From: Octopus sinensis | Lineage: Eukaryota | NCBI RefSeq assembly: GCF_006345805.1 | Contig: NW_021834283.1 | Coordinates: 3,619-67,618 of the forward strand | Direction: 5' to 3' | Length of the DNA: 64,000 nucleotides | In this document: positions 63,100 through 64,000 of the stretch, piece by piece | Position numbering within the stretch: the first letter of the stretch is position 1 | Layout: each line of letters begins with the position of its first letter | Translations under genes and position numbers: made by a program | Notes under the pieces: generated by a model | What the model saw: only the letters and a program-made list of their open reading frames with translations | What the model was told of the DNA's origin: nothing | The model's database searches: none

Positions 63100-63665
63100 T
63101 ATCAATTTCTAATTTTGGCCCAGAGTCAGCAATTTTGTGGGAGGGATTAAGTCGATTACCATCGACCCCGGTACCTAACTGGTACTTATTTATCGATAAG
63201 GCAACATCAACCTCGGCGGAATTTGAACTCAGAACCTAAAGACGGACGAAATACCGCCAAGCATTTTGCCAGGTGCGGTAACGATTCTACCAGCTCACCG
63301 CTTTTCCTCTGTTCAAAGATTGATTTCAAATTTTGGTACAGGGTCCGAAATTCTGGAGAAGGGGGTTTAAGTCGATTACACCGACCCCAGTGCTCAACTG
63401 GTACTTTTGTATCAACCCCTGAAAGGATGAAAGGCAAAGTCGACCTCGGCAGAATTTGAACTCAGAACGTAAAGATGGACGAAATACAGCTAAGCACTTT
63501 GCCCGGCGCGGTAACGATTCTTCCACCTCACCACTTCTATTTAAATATTGGCTTCAAAGTTTGGCACAAGGCCAGTAATTTCAGGGGAGGGGGTACCCAG
63601 TTCTCAATTGATACTTATTTTACCGATCCCTAAGAGATGAAAGGCAAAGTCGACCTTGGCGGACT
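63100..63665 (-). mobile_element. Cluster of SINE family A (short-tail variant) copies
   Basis: Three gaaaggatgaaaggcaaagtcgacc/ggaatttgaactcagaac motifs. Confidence 0.8.
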
Positions 63666-63797
63666 CCTATTTAAACATTAAATATTTCAGGTAATATTTA
63701 AAGTAACATTTAAGGTAATATAAAGATAAGTATGGCTGCATACCGGGGTCGTCTGTTCAGTCTACCATTTATAGGACGCACGATGTAAGCTCGCTGT

Positions 63798-64000
63798 CGC
63801 CGCCGCCGCGCCACACGCCGCGCCACCGCCGCGCCACCGCCGCGCCACCGCCCGGCCACCGCCGCGCCACCGCCGCCGCGCCACCGCCGCCGCGCCACCG
63901 CCGCCGCGCCACGCCGCCGCGCCACCGCCGCGCGCCACCGCCGCCGCGCCACCGCCGCCGCGCCACCGCCGCGCCACCGCCGCGCCACCGCCGCGCCCCC
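63798..64000. repeat. GC-rich minisatellite, unit about CCGCCGCGCCA (11 bp), runs off the window edge
   Basis: Direct reading; approximately 18 units with small indels. Confidence 0.95.

Overview
AT-rich eukaryotic genomic DNA that is almost entirely repeat-derived. The SINE families and dense microsatellites look like an octopus (coleoid cephalopod) genome; this is recognition from memory, not a database result. No intact host gene was found, and most long ORFs in the track are microsatellite translations. Contents: dozens of tRNA-derived SINEs of at least four families (labelled A-D here); a 5'-truncated R4/Dong-type LINE (RT, CCHC, restriction-like endonuclease) plus shorter relics of other R4/Dong-like families, mostly in (TAA)n arrays; a Tx1/L1-type 3' fragment in a (TATC)n array; two CR1-type fragments; mariner relics, one Hsmar1-like with TIRs; two TA-flanked MITEs; three non-autonomous Helitrons; a Penelope-like GIY-YIG relic; a possible spliced pseudogene fragment; and a GC-rich 11-mer satellite at the right edge. 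The most interesting layer is absent from the ORF track: about ten type-I hammerhead-ribozyme motifs from at least five unrelated repeat families. Most have a self-complementary helix III, and several sit in long inverted repeats, pointing to a diverse Penelope-like/retrozyme-like ribozyme system. Homopolymer and microsatellite indels suggest some long-read error. SINE boundaries are approximate (about +/-15 bp).
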